Assembly: GCA_043732305.1 (NCBI GenBank)
Contig: JAYTHU010000068.1
Location: forward strand, 1 to 36,734
DNA length: 36,734 nt
DNA from: Oligoflexia bacterium
GTDB taxonomy: Bacteria > Bdellovibrionota > Bdellovibrionia > JABDDW01
Direction of reading: 5' to 3'
Position numbers and translations under genes: made by a program. Under the pieces are notes generated by a model, which made no database searches, was not told where the DNA came from, and saw nothing but the letters and a program-made list of their open reading frames with translations. Positions 36,233 to 36,734 of this stretch are shown in pieces. The stretch's first letter is position 1; the number at the start of each line of letters is the position of its first letter.

Positions 36233-36733
36233 ATGAATATAAGACATTTGGGGAGTAAAGGGATCTGGGCGATAAGCATTGTAGGTGGACTTCTCATGGG
36301 ATCTTCCTTAGTTCTCATGGTTTCAGTTCTGGCAGAAAAACCAGTTGAGATCGTCAAAGCCAAACCCATTCTGATGAGTCCTGTTTTGCCCGTGTCCCGT
36401 GGATCTAAAGTCAGGTCTAAGCGAAATCCTCGAAATGGCGAGAAAGAACAAAGACTCGCAAAAACTATGTTGAAGAAAAAGTTTATAAAATCTGGATCAA
36501 AAGTCATCGCCACAAAGTCGATCACAAATAGCAGCAAATTAAAGGTTAAAGTGGCCGTTGTGAAGCGTGCAAAAAAAGTGGCAATTCGTGTGGCACATGT
36601 TGACTTCAATGAGTCTGATCTTGCGCAGTATCCACGCCCAGAGCCCTCACCTGAACTTCAGAAGTTAAGTCTAGAGCGCATGCATCGAAGCCATCAAAAC
36701 GACACTGCCATCATGGATAGTGTGGAAAATTGA
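36233..36733 (+). CDS. Hypothetical Lys-rich membrane-anchored protein
   Basis: SD gagggg before ATG 36233; N-terminal TM; very basic middle; TGA at 36731-36733. Confidence 0.6.
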   Translation: MNIRHLGSKGIWAISIVGGLLMGSSLVLMVSVLAEKPVEIVKAKPILMSPVLPVSRGSKVRSKRNPRNGEKEQRLAKTMLKKKFIKSGSKVIATKSITNSSKLKVKVAVVKRAKKVAIRVAHVDFNESDLAQYPRPEPSPELQKLSLERMHRSHQNDTAIMDSVEN

Positions 36734-36734
36734 A

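Overview
Gene-dense (~42% GC by eye) bacterial chromosomal segment, most consistent with a Bdellovibrionota/Oligoflexia-like organism; this is inferred from gene repertoire and orphan secreted proteins and was not verified by search. It is mostly housekeeping and metabolic: ISC-type fdx, putA, S41 protease, FAH hydrolase, His-phosphatase, sthA, lemA-TPM-TPM, hslO, korAB-type 2-oxoacid:ferredoxin oxidoreductase, ppk1, serA and a D2HGDH-like oxidoreductase, interspersed with secreted orphan genes. No rRNA, tRNA, CRISPR, transposase or phage gene was recognised. Most notable: (1) a nested palindrome at 1-259 (105-bp arms, 103/105 complementary, capped by a perfect 17-6-17 hairpin) that is either REPIN/MITE-like or an artefact; (2) a FecR-like + Cache/HAMP receptor lacking an output domain + porin module; (3) an adenylate-forming enzyme with the catalytic A10 Lys replaced by Phe; (4) a 197-bp antisense overlap that appears coding on both strands; (5) recurring promoter logic, with leaderless -10/N6/ATG starts for cytoplasmic enzymes and sigma54 sites for secreted proteins.
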